Origin: Dendrobates tinctorius
Lineage: Eukaryota
Length of the DNA stretch: 64,000 nt
Direction: 5' to 3'
Assembly (NCBI RefSeq): GCF_039654945.1
Contig: NW_027361682.1
Coordinates: 6,634,001 to 6,698,000 of the forward strand
The position numbers and the translations under genes were made by a program. Under the pieces are notes generated by a model. The model did no database searches and was not told the origin of the DNA. It saw only the letters and a list, made by a program, of their open reading frames with translations. Below, piece by piece: positions 1-12,366 of this stretch. The stretch's first letter is position 1; each line of letters opens with the position of its first letter.

Positions 1-3000
1 AATCTGTAGAAATCTCCTCTTTACAGCGCTCATCACCCCTCATATATGTCTCTGTAGTATTAATATGATCTTTACGCTGAAACAAAAAAACTTAAAAGTC
101 ACACAAAGACGAAGAAGACGTATGGAATGATTTAGAACAGAAAAGATCATTTAACATGATGATTGTGAGAAGATCCAGACAACATCTAGTGTCTATGATA
201 AGCTTTACAACCAATTTAAAAGATCAGCAGATCGGCAATGCTGCAAGTATATACCACTGCAGTATACAATGCTGGTTAAAAGAGAATACCAGACGTGGAG
301 GTGCTCAACTGCGCAGCAATACAATAAAAAAATTACGAAAGTAGAATAAAAATGAATGGCACTCACTAATGATGCATTATTTTATATTTTTTTATCCAAG
401 CTCATACAGTCAAATTTCAAAATACCACAAAAATATATTTGCAAATGTCGAGGCCACTGGTGTACCCATTATGGTACCAGCTGTCTGGGTATACCAGTGG
501 TCCGCAAATTGATAGGAATTATGTCCTGAAAGAATGTATAAGTATTTAAACATAAATTCCAATAGTTAGCCTTCAGTATTATTACTCTTCAATCAATGTC
601 TTACAGCCTGTATACCAGCATCCTGTAGGATGTTTATACAGGGTCTCGATATCGATTGTTGCCAGCTGGAATCCTTCTTACCAACTTATGTGGTCCAGCA
701 TTTGTAACAAAAATTCACGTGTCCTGTATATACGAGGGAGTTTTCTTAACCAATGGGCATAACATACAGTCCAAATATCTGTAGAAGTTAATGAACCACG
801 TTCCGCTTTTACAGGGCCTAAGAGGTGGATTGTCTATATATTTATGGATTTGGGGAATAAAATATCAGTATAGTTTTAGGATATTCTACCATTAGTTTGT
901 TTTCAAAATTGTGCACCAATCAACAATTAAGTGATTAAAATACCTATATATCTTTAAGTTCGAATCCCACACACTCCCATAGGAAAGATTGCAATCATTA
1001 TTAAGACAAGGAGTGAAAAGATTTTTTTTTTACTGGTCTCACTAATTGAACTATCAACCATCTGGTCCTGGCCAACGAAACTCATTGGAATGTGGCCTGC
1101 AAGGACGTAGCCCCCATAGCACAGGTCCACACTCTTAGCCAGGACCCCCATCTTCATCTGCTGGGATATCAGATACGAGTACTTCACCCACGGCTATCTT
1201 CCTGTACCATGTTACACTTGCTGTAGTCAGCAGGATCGTGTCTTGCAGCAGGAAGAGCAAAGTAATGTGGGGAAGACATGAGTTGCATGGAGGATAGCGA
1301 CTGTTATGCTGTCTAAAAAGGCATCATGGGCATAGAAGAAACAAAAGGCAGAGTGAAGAACTGTCTAGCCCTCCAGAGGTTACGCTTGCCAGAGGGAGTA
1401 TCAGGACTGGAAGTACCAGCTTATAATGAGGAGTGGCCACTGCAGTAAAGTGAAGTTCAAGGAAAAGCCTTGACCATTAAGGTGTGACTCAAGAAAAACG
1501 GGTGGAGGAGGGGGATAAATAGGATGGTGAGCTGAAGAGAACCCCACCTAGCAAAAGTCTGAGCCATTACGTAGGATGACAAGCATCAAAAGAGATGGCG
1601 CCATTTATCGGTTGGAAGTGGAAGAGAATACAATCAGAGATGGAAGCAAAGAGTCAGAATGCTCAGCCCAAGGGTCAGAAGGAGGTGCCAAGGACCCAGA
1701 GCTGGCTAGCTCTTCTGCGGGTGAAGCAGCATCTTGCTACGGGGGTCTGGACAGGAACAAGGCGGCTTCAATAGTAGGATGGGACGTGAAGGAAACACGC
1801 AGCCCACGCCTCCAGGCTTCAAAAGAAATGAGGAAGGAAGAACAAGGGTCCAGCAGCTTGTCAGCAACATGAGAGGCCTGGGATGGTCGATTGCAGAGAG
1901 GAGGCTGGCCCAAACCTAAAACAGAAATATGTTGTTAGGCTCGCCGCGGTGGCCTTTTCAAACTTCTGCTCAGGCCCTGGTGCGCAATCTCCTGCTTGCC
2001 TGCACTGACGAGGGCCGCAGCCACGCGATGAGCGAAGGCCGCGCTCACGAGCTGACGCAGGCCGCCGCAGCCCTGGTCAAAGCATGTAATGAGAGTACGT
2101 TCGCACCAGGGCCTGTGCAGAAGATTTAAAGTGCCAGCGGCCCATTTTGAAGCTCAGAGCCTCCGGCCGGCGGATGTGAGCTTCAAAATGGGCCAGCGGC
2201 CCAGCAGGCATCTGCCCGCCTGGGCAGATTATCAATGCGGGCCTGATTGCATTGGTGGAGCATAGAGGGATATGATCATCTTCCAGGTTATGACTGGAGG
2301 CTTGGCTCATGCTCACATGTCTGGGACTCCGGGAGCCTTAGAGTTAGTGTCACATCTGGAGCGGGCACGAGGAACGGAAGGAGAGGAATCATTTCTGTAT
2401 TTCCAAGAGAGAGCAAGGATGATCGGTGAAGGAAGATGGAGTCGGAGGCTGAAACAGGCCAAGGTATCGGCGACAGAATTTAAGTACCATCCATACTGGT
2501 AATATAGTTCTCTGGAGCGGAAACAATACACGGAACCGCATGTTTAGAATAGGACTCTTAATAACTGGACCGTAATACTGTGCTGGGTTGTAGTGATGTA
2601 TAGAGGAACGGTGACGATATAGGACAAGCGACTAAAAGGGAAGGAATTAGAACTGTGTGTGGAAAATGCTCTGTACTGTAGAGGAAATTTTCAAAAAGTT
2701 GTATTCTATTTACTGTAAATGATCACCACCAAATTATTGTTTAGTAAAAAGTTTATTTTTGACTAGTGGTCTCCCTTATTGAACTGTCAACCATCTGGTC
2801 CTAGCCAACCAAAGTCATCGATAACATGCGGTCTAGTCCACACACTTAGCCAGGACCCTCACGTCGGGGTCATGTGTCTAATAAGTTACAGATGGAAATT
2901 GGCTGCTGCCTAATTTCCACACATTGAACTTTAAGTTGGAAAAGAGCAGATGTTTCTAATAAATTGGCCATACATTGCATAATATTGATGGATAATACAA

Positions 3001-3844
3001 GACTAAACAAAACCTTCACACACTTCTACACATAATGAGGGAGACTTCATGACACCTTCTCTCCATCTACCTTATAATCCTGAGGAACATTGGAATTTTC
3101 ATGTTTACAGTCCTGTTGAAGAATAGAATGGGGACATCTCTCTGGTGTTTTCCTCTTGCTGGATTGATCTGTAGGACACACATAAAGGGACTGAATTCAT
3201 TCTTTACATACAGATAATTATAGGCCGTGTGTATTTAGTCCTGTCTATTACCTGGTGATGTGAGGGGCTGGGGAACCTCCATCATGACGTCCTTGTAGAG
3301 ATCTTTGTGTCCTTCCAAATACTCCCACTCCTCCATGGAGAAATAGACGGTGACATCCTGACACCTTAAAGGAACCTAACACATACAATGATACCGTCAT
3401 CCCCCGATCCCTCCATAGCATTACTGTATAATGTCCCAGCATTCCCAGCAGTGTCACCTCTCCAGTCAGCAGCTCAATCATCTTGTAGGTGAGTTCTAGG
3501 ATCTTCTGATCATTGATGTCCTCATGTATCAGGAGGTGAAGAGGAGGCCCCGTGATTGGGCTCAGGGGTCTTCCCCATCCCTCAGACACAGGGGCCTGAC
3601 AGCGCTCCCTAGAGGTCTTCTTCACTACTGTGTAATCCTGGTTATGGAGCGACACATTAATAAATCTCTCTACAGACATTTCCAGAGTCCTCACCTCTCT
3701 AGTTCTGTCCTTCTGTTATTTCCATAGATAAGAATGATGTAATGTGACGTCATCAGAATCTCTCACCTCTCCAGTAAGCCGGAAGAGGATCTCTAGGGTG
3801 AGGTGTAATATCCTCTCCGCCATCTTGTCCCTGTCCCTATCCAT
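1..3844 (-). CDS. FAX/KRAB-type C2H2 zinc-finger gene, paralog A (5' part; continues beyond the left edge)
   Basis: Coding exons with GT/AG and consistent phases: 3844-3767 ([26 protein letters not shown]), 3637-3458 (DYTVVKK...KMIELLTGE), 3375-3252 ([46 protein letters not shown]-like), 3168-3071 ([13 protein letters not shown]...VPQDYK), 76-1 ([25 protein letters not shown]). No stops; exon-for-exon paralog of gene B. Confidence 0.88.
410..960 (-). mobile_element. Penelope-like element reverse transcriptase remnant (intronic)
   Basis: Broken minus-strand translation YFIPQIHK...[56 protein letters not shown] resembles PLE RT motifs; stops and frameshifts present. Confidence 0.7.
1030..2862 (-). 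mobile_element. Degenerate element bounded by ~180-bp diverged direct repeats (LTR-like, TGTAAC start on minus strand)
   Basis: ATTGAACT(A/G)TCAACCATCTGGTCCT...CTTAGCCAGGACCC at ~1030-1216 and ~2755-2862; same layout in unit B (44900-45097, 47825-48009). Confidence 0.4.
1944..2140. mobile_element. Palindromic MITE-like insertion
   Basis: Imperfect inverted arms CTTCTGCTCAGGCCCTGGTGCG / CGCACCAGGGCCTGTGCAGAAG plus inner arms; not seen at the equivalent site of unit B. Confidence 0.5.
3252..3375 (-). CDS. KRAB-A-like exon of paralog A
   Basis: 124-nt exon, TAG|GTT acceptor and CCAG|GTAATA donor; [11 protein letters not shown]...LYKDVMME. Confidence 0.9.
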
Positions 3845-4074
3845 CCTTGTAGGGTCAGTCAGGAAAATTTTCTTATGTAGAAGATCTCCACTGAGAGGAT
3901 CCAATATTGTAGGGACCTGAATGGGGAGAAGATGACAATGTAATATCATAAAGATCCCATGTAAGAAATCTACAGACCACAAGATCAATTTATAATCACT
4001 GTCAAGAGAGGCCGTACTGGGCCCCTGGCCTTGAAGGGACGCTGACAGGACAGGGTTGATGTGGGAAAAAATAG

Positions 4075-4392
4075 TTTGTAACATAAGCAGCAGTAGGCAC
4101 AGAAGCCACAATAAAGGTGTCACAAAAAGCAATAAAGTGAGATTAATGCATGACACTGAAAACAACACCATCGCCTAGTCTGCCCAGTCTGCGGGCAGTG
4201 CAGCAATAAGGAGCTCCCACCAACCACAGAGAACAGAGATGGGATCATTATCCTCTTCATCTCCTGACTGTTGTAGCCCCATCACCTCTTCCATCTCATT
4301 TTCCTTAATTTGCTCCACAGCTTCTGCACCTTTACTAACAATTTGTCTGGTACCATGAGCCCCCCTCGATCACTGTAAGAAACCCTCCCATG
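4075..4392 (-). mobile_element. hAT transposon remnant shared with unit B
   Basis: Aligns by eye with 52650-53053, which continues into a hAT transposase remnant. Confidence 0.55.
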
Positions 4393-6000
4393 CAGGGCCG
4401 GCGTTAGGGGCAGGCAGACCAGGCAGCTGCCTAGGGCCCCCGCTCCCCCAGGGGCCCCCAGCTAGCGGCACATCACACAGCTGCTATAGGGCCCCTTGAA
4501 GCAGGGGGCCCGCTTTCCCCCAGTGCCGACTCCCCCCGCCACCGCATTGAACTATACCGGCGACTGCCAGTACAGTTCAAAGCAATAATGGAGGAGAGAG
4601 CGTCAGCCAACGCTCCCTCTCCCATCATTCCCCGCTCTGCCACTGACACAGCGGGTGCGCGATGACATCATCGCACTCTCACTGTGTGCCGGCAGAGCAG
4701 GAGACAGGAGCAGCCAGCAGCGCGGGCACAAGGAGAAGGTGAGAATAGTTTTTTGGTTTTTTTTAATATATCAGTGTGAGTACTGGACTGTGGGGCCATT
4801 CTGGGGGGGAGCGGCTATATGCTATGCTGGGCTATACTCTGTGCTGGGCTATATACTATGGTGGCATTGGTGGGCTTTATCCATGCTGGGCTGTATACTG
4901 TGCTGGGTTATATACTATTGTGGCATTGGTGGGCTATATACCATGCTGGGCTATAAACTATGGTGGGCTGTATACTATGCTGGGCTATATACCATGCTGG
5001 GCTGTATACTGTGCTGGGTTATATACTATTGTGGCATTGGTGGGCTATATACCATGCTGGGCTATAAACTATGGTGGGCTGTATACTATGCTGGGCTATA
5101 TACCATGCTGGGCTGTATACTGTGCTGGGCTGTATACCATGCTGGACTGTATACTATGGTGGGCTATATACCATGCTGGGCTGTATACTATGGTGGGCTA
5201 TATACTATGCTGGGCTATATACAATGCTGGTCTGTATACTGTGCTGGGCTATATACCATGCTGGGCTGTATACTGTGCTGGGCTATATACTATACTGGGC
5301 TGTATACTGTGCTGGGCTGTATACTGTGCTGGGCTGTATAGTATGCTGGGCTGTATACTATGCTGGGCTATATACTGTGCTGGGCTATATACTGTGCTGG
5401 GCTATATACTGTGCTGGGCTCTATACTATGCTGGGCTATATACTATGCTGGGCTGTATACTATGCTGGGCTCTATACTGTGCTGGGCTATATACTATGCT
5501 GGGCTGTATACTGTGCTGGGCTGTATACTATGCTGGGCTGTATACTGTGCTGGGCTATATACCATGTGGTGCTGGGCTATATACCATGATGGGCTATATA
5601 CCATGTGGTGCTGGGCTACATACCATGCTGGGCTATATACCATGGTGGGCTGTGCTATATACCATGTGGTACTGTGCTATATACCATGGTGGGCTGTTCT
5701 ATATACCATGGTGGTGCTGTGCTTTATACTATGCAGCTGAGTTATATACCAAGGGGGTACATTTTACATTATAATCTATGGGGGAGGCTGTGTTATATAA
5801 TATGGGGGCTTACATTATATTCTATGGGGAGGTGGGCAGTATTTTATTCTATTTGGGGCTACATTATATTCTATGGGGGGGTGTATTATATTTATTATAT
5901 TCTATGGGCGGTGATTGCATCATACTCTATGAGGGGGCTACATTATACTATATGAGGAGGCTACATTGTATTCTATGGGGGGGCAGCATTATCTGTGGGG
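4393..6000. mobile_element. Non-autonomous DNA transposon (CAGGGCCGG end, hAT-like) carrying an internal minisatellite
   Basis: Starts CAGGGCCGGCGTTAGGG, GC-rich subterminal region, then satellite; interrupts the hAT remnant; related degenerate satellite resumes at 7918-8120. Confidence 0.5.
4815..5740. repeat. ~17-bp minisatellite (GCTGGGCTRTATACYRT)n
   Basis: Direct tandem repeats; explains the repetitive ORFs in all three + frames. Confidence 0.95.
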
Positions 6001-6123
6001 GCTACTGCTAGTTGTTGTTGTTAGGCTCAGGGGTCTGCAATCTGATAGCTGCCAACTTCTCTGGTTTCCTGGACTTAGCTAGTATTTCTGTTTTTTGCCT
6101 CCTACGGTGACTCATTCATAACA
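6001..6123 (+). mobile_element. 3' fragment of a Gypsy LTR (same family as 30381-31155 and 56959-57789)
   Basis: Ends GGTGACTCATTCATAACA, the same end as the solo LTR at 57789. Confidence 0.8.
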
Positions 6124-6863
6124 GATATGGTTATGCCAGGACTTATAGTTCCACAAGTATTTGTTGTGTATTACTTATAAGGGGGCTTATAGGGTTAGTC
6201 AAAGAGCTGGTCAGGAATTGACATACCACACATGCAATGCCCATCCATGGGGGTGGTTACAACCATATAATGTGACTGAGGTCTGGTCACATGGACACAG
6301 TGTGTGTACCTGATTGGTTCAGGGTGCAAGGTACTGGAAGGTCTGTGTTGGAAGATCGTGGGAGTAGGATCGTATTTCTGGAGCAAGTGGTGAGACCTTG
6401 GACCTGGTGGCCTGGGTGTTGGACAAGTGTCCTGAATAGCACCAGGTCAGGCCACATGTGTATGTAGAGCTTGGGACGGCCCCACACTGAGAAAGATGCT
6501 GTACTGTTGAGGACCTTGGACTGATGAGGAGTCAGCCTGTGGAGCAGGAGCTCCTGAGTGGTAACCCCGGGTATGGGGAAAGAACTTTGTGCATTGACAA
6601 TGTTTTGTTACTGAACTGTGCAATCACCCGGTGACTGGAGAGAGTCTGGCGTGAATGCTAGTGAATGCTTTATAAAGCCACACGTGATGAAGTAATGGAC
6701 TATGTGTAACCCGGTGATGTGAAACCTGGCTTACAGTGTGGTTTATGAGGTTTAAATAAACTGTATGGACTGTTTTGTAAGAAAAACCTGTGCCTGACTA
6801 CGTTAATCTGCTGCTTAGCGAGTGTTCCCAAACACACACAGTAGGCGCTACGCCACGCATACA
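6124..6863 (+). mobile_element. Probable 5'-truncated LTR
   Basis: AATAAA ~100 bp before a terminal ...CATACA abutting the Tc1 fragment; no TSD found. Confidence 0.35.
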
Positions 6864-7261
6864 AGGTTATCCTGGAAAAATAGTTGATTCCTTCTGCTCA
6901 GGCAATGTTCCCCAACTCTGTGGACTGGTTTTTCCAACAGTGCAATGCGCCATGCCACACAGCTAGGTCAATCAATGTGTGGATGAAGGACCACCACATC
7001 AAATCCCTGTCATGGCCAGCCCAATCTCCAGACCTGAACCCCACTGAAAACTACTGGAATGTAATCAAGAGGAAGATGGATAGTCACAATCCATCAAACT
7101 AAGAACTGCTTACATTTTTGTACCAGGAGTGGCATAAGGTCACCCTAAAGCAGTGTGAAAGACTGGTGGACAGTATGCCAAGACACATGAAAGCTGTGAT
7201 TAAAAATCATGGTTATTTCACAAAATATTTCTTTATGAACTCTTCCTGAGATAAAACATTA

Positions 7262-7638
7262 CGATGCATCTAGGATTTCACTGATTGAGCGCCTTTGCCG
7301 GCTGCCACAGTGTTTTCTTTGACTGGTCTCCCTGAGGTCAGTGATTGTTTCGTGATGTTGGTCTACTAGGCATTGCTCCCACCTAGCCAGAATCCTACTC
7401 CACACTGATGAGGGGCAACACCCCGAAACAGCTGTCTGTGGATGGATACCTGGCCTTGGTACTTCCCTTGTCATATCTGTAAACTCGTAAAGAGCTGGAT
7501 ATTGAATTAAAGGGCCACTTAACATGACGGTAATGGTGGTTTCCGAAAGGAGCCACCCCTTGGCTGGGTCCTTCCCTGGAGGAAGATCTGGCTAGTCCTG
7601 TGTTTGAGACTCTTAAATGAGGCTCCACGGACTTTATT
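7262..7638 (+). mobile_element. 377-bp non-coding retro-insertion (retrozyme / Penelope pLTR-like) with 15-bp TSD
   Basis: TGAGATAAAACATTA duplicated at 7247-7261 and 7639-7653; interrupts Tc1; contains a hammerhead motif. Confidence 0.8.
7387..7453 (+). ncRNA. Type I hammerhead ribozyme (minimal, palindromic stem III)
   Basis: TCCACA-CTGATGA-GGGG CAACA CCCC-GAAA-CAGCTG-TC-TGTGGA; stem I extends with ATCC/GGAT and CCAG/CTGG; predicted cleavage after GUC at 7436. Confidence 0.85.
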
Positions 7639-8639
7639 TGAGATAAAACATTAGTATTGTTGTTTCTAATTGATTATGAACTTGTTTTCTTAGCATTATT
7701 TGAGGTCTGCAAGCACTGCATTTTTTTGTTATTTTGACCATTTCTCTTTGTCTGAAAATAAATACAAAATTTAGTGCTGAGAAATTCGAACACATGTTGT
7801 CAGTAGTTTATAGAATAAAAGAGCAATTTACATTTTACTCCAAAAAATACCTATAAAGAGAAAAATCAGACAAACTGAAATTTTTGCAGTGGTCTCTTAA
7901 TTTTTGCCAGAGCTGTATATGGAGGACTGGGGGGTGCATTATATTATATGGAGGATTATGCAGGGTGCATTATACTATATGGAGGACTATGGGGAATGCA
8001 TTATATTATTTGGAGAACACTAGAGAGTATGTACTATACTATATGGAGAACCATGGAAAGTGCATTATACTATATGGAAGGCAATGTGGGGGATCATTAT
8101 AATATATAGAGGGCTATGTATTTAAAAAAAATCACAAAAATAAAGAGCAAAGAAAAGGAAAAATATGAAACCAGTAAATAAATGTATGTAAAAACAAAGA
8201 TAAAGTACACATATTTAGTATTGCAGCATCTAGAACAAAGCGTCCCATAAAACTGTCTCATTAGTTAACCCTTCATTGAACACAGGAAAAAAAAATAACA
8301 AAAAGCCTGGTAAAAATTATGCTTTTTCATCATATTGCTGAACAAAAAGTGAATTAAAATGAGATCAAAAAGTCAAATGTAAATAAAAATAATATAGCTA
8401 AAAACAAAATCTTATCCCGCAAAAAGCAAGCTGCCATAAAGCTCTATCAGCGGAAAAATGTATACATCTCAGAATAAAGCGACACAAAAACAAATCTTTT
8501 TCCTATAAAATTGGCTCTGACGGGATGATGTGGGATATTAGTGGTAGTAGTCTGGTGTCTCTGATGGGATGATGTGGGATATTAGGGGTAATGGTCCGGT
8601 GGCTCTGAGGGGGTGATGTGGGATATTAGTGTTTGTAGT

Positions 8640-9420
8640 CCCAATTACGACGGAGATGGAGTGTTTGATCATCTGCGTGGTAATCTCCGGGTAAAGACAA
8701 GCACTAAACGCTGAGGGCGTACATGCCGGAAGTGACGCGTGCGTGTCAGTGCTGTCGGCGTGCACTCCAGCAACTGGAAGTTGCGCTTGGACCCGGGCAT
8801 GCGTTCCTATTTGAGGAAGCCATTACGGAGAAATGGCACTGTCGGGGTTGCTGAGGGGTATTCTAGACCGGGACTGATACTTATGTAACACATTTTTTAC
8901 GTTCATGGGCAGCTGCCTATGACAAGGCTTTTTTTTTGCATTTTGCGCGTAATATTGCTTCTTCTGCATCCTGTCATGTATATTTAATTCTCCCTATGAT
9001 GGGTTATATATTGCCACTTATATAAATAATACAGATTTTTTATGATTATGGGCAGTTACCTATGAGAAGGTATATTTTGCACTTAGTACTTTGCGTATAA
9101 TATTTGTTCTTTTTCACTTTGTCAGGGGTATTTACTTTTTACTATGATGATTTATTTAGCACTAGGCACTTTTTACAAATCATTGGTAATCATATCTTGA
9201 CATTAGTGTTTATTAGATTAATGTTGTCACTTTTTTTGTAGCCCCTGGTTCTTGGTTTATTCCCAGCATATGTAATTTGTGAAATTCCCTTGTTTTATTT
9301 TATTTTTATGATTAATAAATTGATATTTTAATAGAACATTATTTCACTTATGCCTCTTTTTCCCATGCTACCGGCGGCGTCGATATGGTGTATCAGCTAT
9401 CTATCGTGAAGTGCAATATG
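8640..9420 (+). mobile_element. Possible Penelope-like 3'/pLTR remnant
   Basis: GC-rich segment, a degenerate hammerhead-like stretch at ~8806-8847, then AT-rich tail with AATAAA. Confidence 0.3.
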
Positions 9421-9542
9421 CAATATGCCATAAGAAAAACACTCTCAGAATCAGTGGGATCCGTTGAAGTGTTCCAGAGATATTACCTCATAAAATGGCC
9501 TGGTCAGGAAAGCGAAAAAAGGCTTGGGGGTAAAGGGGTTAA
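9420..9542. mobile_element. Terminal fragment of a TTAA-type (piggyBac-like) non-autonomous element
   Basis: Ends AAAGGGG|TTAA; paralogous to 62760-62880. Confidence 0.55.
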
Positions 9543-9731
9543 TACATTCAGTACTTGTGTGAGAATCTGATGGAGTTTTAGGTCAAATTAATGCAGAAAT
9601 AAGGAAAATTCTAAGGAGTTCCCGACCTTTCAGGCTCCGCTGTATATTCTAGGGGTCAGAGAGCCCCCGACCTTCAGACCATTAGGGTTTAGTCCTGTTC
9701 CCCCATCACACACTCCCTGCCCCCTCATTAC

Positions 9732-9850
9732 CTGTCACCAGCGCAGACTCTTCTCTCACATGGAGCAAAATGGAGACTGGCTCCTCCCCTCCATGGGACT
9801 GATCACATGACTGTGACATCATCACAGGTCCTGTGCGCCCAGAACAGTCA
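9732..9850 (-). promoter_or_regulatory. Putative non-coding first exon/promoter of ZNF paralog A
   Basis: Donor GACAG|GTAATG at 9732/9731; block conserved with 63070-63205; YY1-like CAAAATGG, E/M-box-like GTCATGTGA, TGACATCA. Confidence 0.6.
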
Positions 9851-9862
9851 CACAGTAACAAG

Positions 9863-11120
9863 TAGTGATGGGCAATCTAGTTCATTTTGGTGATTAGTTC
9901 ACGATGAACTAGTTCACTGGAAAGATTAGTTCCTTTAGTTCAGCATTTCTCTGGATTCTGCTGAGAAGAGATTGATCAGTTCTAGTTCATCACACAGAAG
10001 CTGTGGCTCCTAGGATGAGTTATAGTTTTGTTAAAACGATCAGAAATAGTTAATACATCTGATCATTATATAACAAACTCTTGGTAAAGGGGGACTCAGT
10101 CTGGANNNNNNNNNNNNNNNNNNNNNNNNNNNNNNNNNNNNNNNNNNNNNNNNNNNNNNNNNNNNNNNNNNNNNNNNNNNNNNNNNNNNNNNNNNNNNNN
10201 NNNNNNNNNNNNNNNNNNNNNNNNNNNNNNNNNNNNNNNNNNNNNNNNNNNNNNNNNNNNNNNNNNNNNNNNNNNNNNNNNNNNNNNNNNNNNNNNNNNN
10301 NNNNNNNNNNNNNNNNNNNNNNNNNNNNNNNNNNNNNNNNNNNNNNNNNNNNNNNNNNNNNNNNNNNNNNNNNNNNNNNTTTTTTTCAAAACATGGCGGA
10401 TTTTGACTGACAAAAACGGAAGTGTGAAAGAGGCCTAAGACAGCCTGATAATTCTCCCCCCTATCCTGTGAGGAGCTGATAGGAAATGCATCATGTGACC
10501 TGTGAACTAAATGAACTGCTGAACTAAATGTTCTATTGAGAATGAATCCGGACAGCCTAGTTCAAGCTGATGCATCTCACTGAGCCCAGCAGCGCCACCT
10601 GTGGTAGTGTAGAGTACTGACTCCTAATGACTGTGTATGAGGGAGCGGAGAAGCAGTTCAGCATCCACCATTTTGAGAACAGAATAGGAGCCAGTGGTAA
10701 AGATTTTAGCAAGACTGATCTTCTAGGCTACAGGAGGCTGATCCTCTACAGGAGGCTAATCTTATCACAAAGACAGGTGAGGGGCATGAACCACACATAG
10801 AAACTCTATGAGCTGTGTCTATCTACTGTGCAATTTCAGTTTTTATTAATAATATTATTATTACTATTATATTTGTATTTGATGTGTGGTATAGCGTTTT
10901 ACTACCTTCTTTTCCAGCATCAGGAGCTATAAAGAGCAAGTGTGAGACAGACCACGGAGCTTCCTGGAGCTGGATGAGGGATCACTCTCTGTCTCCTCCC
11001 ACTTGCTGTTTCGTTCACAATGAACTAATCTCTGTCAGGATGGTGAACTAGCTGAACTAGTTCACTCTGAAGATTAGTTCATTTTGAACTACTCACTCAC
11101 TCATGAACTACCCATCACTA
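9863..11120. mobile_element. hAT-type MITE (TIR TAGTGATGGG...CCCATCACTA) with GAACTAGTTC subterminal repeats; spans the gap and a Harbinger-MITE right end (~10380-10435)
   Basis: Matching terminal inverted repeats; same TIR as 38180-38663. Confidence 0.7.
10106..10379. other. Assembly gap (274 N)
   Basis: Run of N. Confidence 1.
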
Positions 11121-11123
11121 ATA

Positions 11124-12366
11124 CAGTGGAGAAAATGAGAATTTGATACACTGCCGATTTGGCAAGTTTTCCCACCTGAGGAAACAGAAAATCACATTGT
11201 ATAATTTTTAAATAATCAATTTGCATTTTATTGCATGAAATATGTATTTGATACACTAGGAAAACAGAACTTAGTATTTGGTACAGAAACCTTTGTTTGC
11301 AATTACAGAGGTCAGATGTATCCTGTAGTTCTTGACCAAGTTTGCACACACTGCAGCAGGGATTTTGGCCCACTTCTCCATACAGATCTTCTCCAGATCT
11401 TTCAGGTTTTGGGGCTGTCGCTGGGCAACACTGAGTTTCAGCTCCCTCCAAAGATGTTCTGTTGGGTTCAGGTGTAGAATCTGGCTAGGCCACTCCAGCA
11501 CCTTGAAATGCTTCTTACGGAACCACTACTTAGTTGTACTGGATGTGTGTTTTGGGTCATTGTCATGCTGTAAGACCCAGCTACAACCCATCATCAATGC
11601 TCCTACTTAAGGAAGGAAGTTGTTGGCCAAAATCTCACTATATATGACCCCATCGATCCTCCTTTCAATACGGTACAGTCGTCTTGTCCCTTTTGCAGAA
11701 AAGCACCCCCAAAGTATGATGTTTCCCCACCATTCTTCACAGTTGGGATGATGTTCTTGAGGTTGTACTCATTCTTTTTCCTCCAAACACGGGGAGTGGA
11801 GTTGATACCAAAAAGTTCTACTTTGGTCTCCTCTGACCTCATGACCTTCTACCATGCCTCCTCTGGATAATATAGATGTTCATTGAGAACTTCAAATGTG
11901 CTGGCATGAGCAGGCATACCTTGCATGCCTTGCAGGAATTTAATCTATGATGGCGTAGTGTGTTACTAACAGTAATGTCTGAGACTGTGGTCCCAGCTCT
12001 CTTCAGGTCATTGACCAGGTCCTCCCATGTAGTTTTGGGCTGATTCCTAACCTTTATCAGAATCATCCTTACCCCACGAGGTGAGATTTTGCATGGCGCC
12101 TGAGACCGAGGGAGATTGACAGTCATCTTGTGTTTCTTACATTTTCTAATAATGGTGCCACAAGTTTTTGCACTCTCACCAAGCTGCTTACCTGTTGTCC
12201 TGTAGCCCATCCCAGCCATGTGCAGGTCTACAATTTTGTGCCTGGTGTCCTTAGACAGAATTTTGGCCTTGGCCATGGTGGAGAGATTGAAATGTGATTG
12301 ATTGCGTGGACAGGTGTTTTATACAGGTAACATATTCAAACAGGTGCAATTAATACAGGTAATGAG
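11124..12366 (-). mobile_element. Tc1-like transposon with frameshifted transposase pseudogene
   Basis: TA|CAGTGGAGAAAATGAG TIR; ORF pieces [19 protein letters not shown] (12276), [35 protein letters not shown] (11271). Confidence 0.9.

Larger units (their letters stand above)
6864..7915 (+). mobile_element. Tc1/mariner transposon, 3' part with right TIR
   Basis: WFFQQCNAPCHTA and WPAQSPDLNPTENYW motifs (6884-7102); ends GGTCTCTTAATTTTTGCCAGAGCTG|TA. Confidence 0.88.

Noticed and set aside
3248-4171. Single-exon ORFs 3248-3694 and 3716-4171 (also 49891-50571, 31749-32534) as whole proteins
   Set aside because: They read through introns; the real CDS is spliced
4655-5955. Long Y/C/W/G-rich ORFs
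   Set aside because: Translations of a 17-bp minisatellite, open in several frames; no gene structure
6521-6545. Other CTGATGA hits (also ~19956, 27391, 40815, 56995) as hammerheads
   Set aside because: No stem II plus GAAA plus cleavage-site arrangement
10081-10413. ORFs at 10.1-10.4 kb
   Set aside because: Artefact of the N gap
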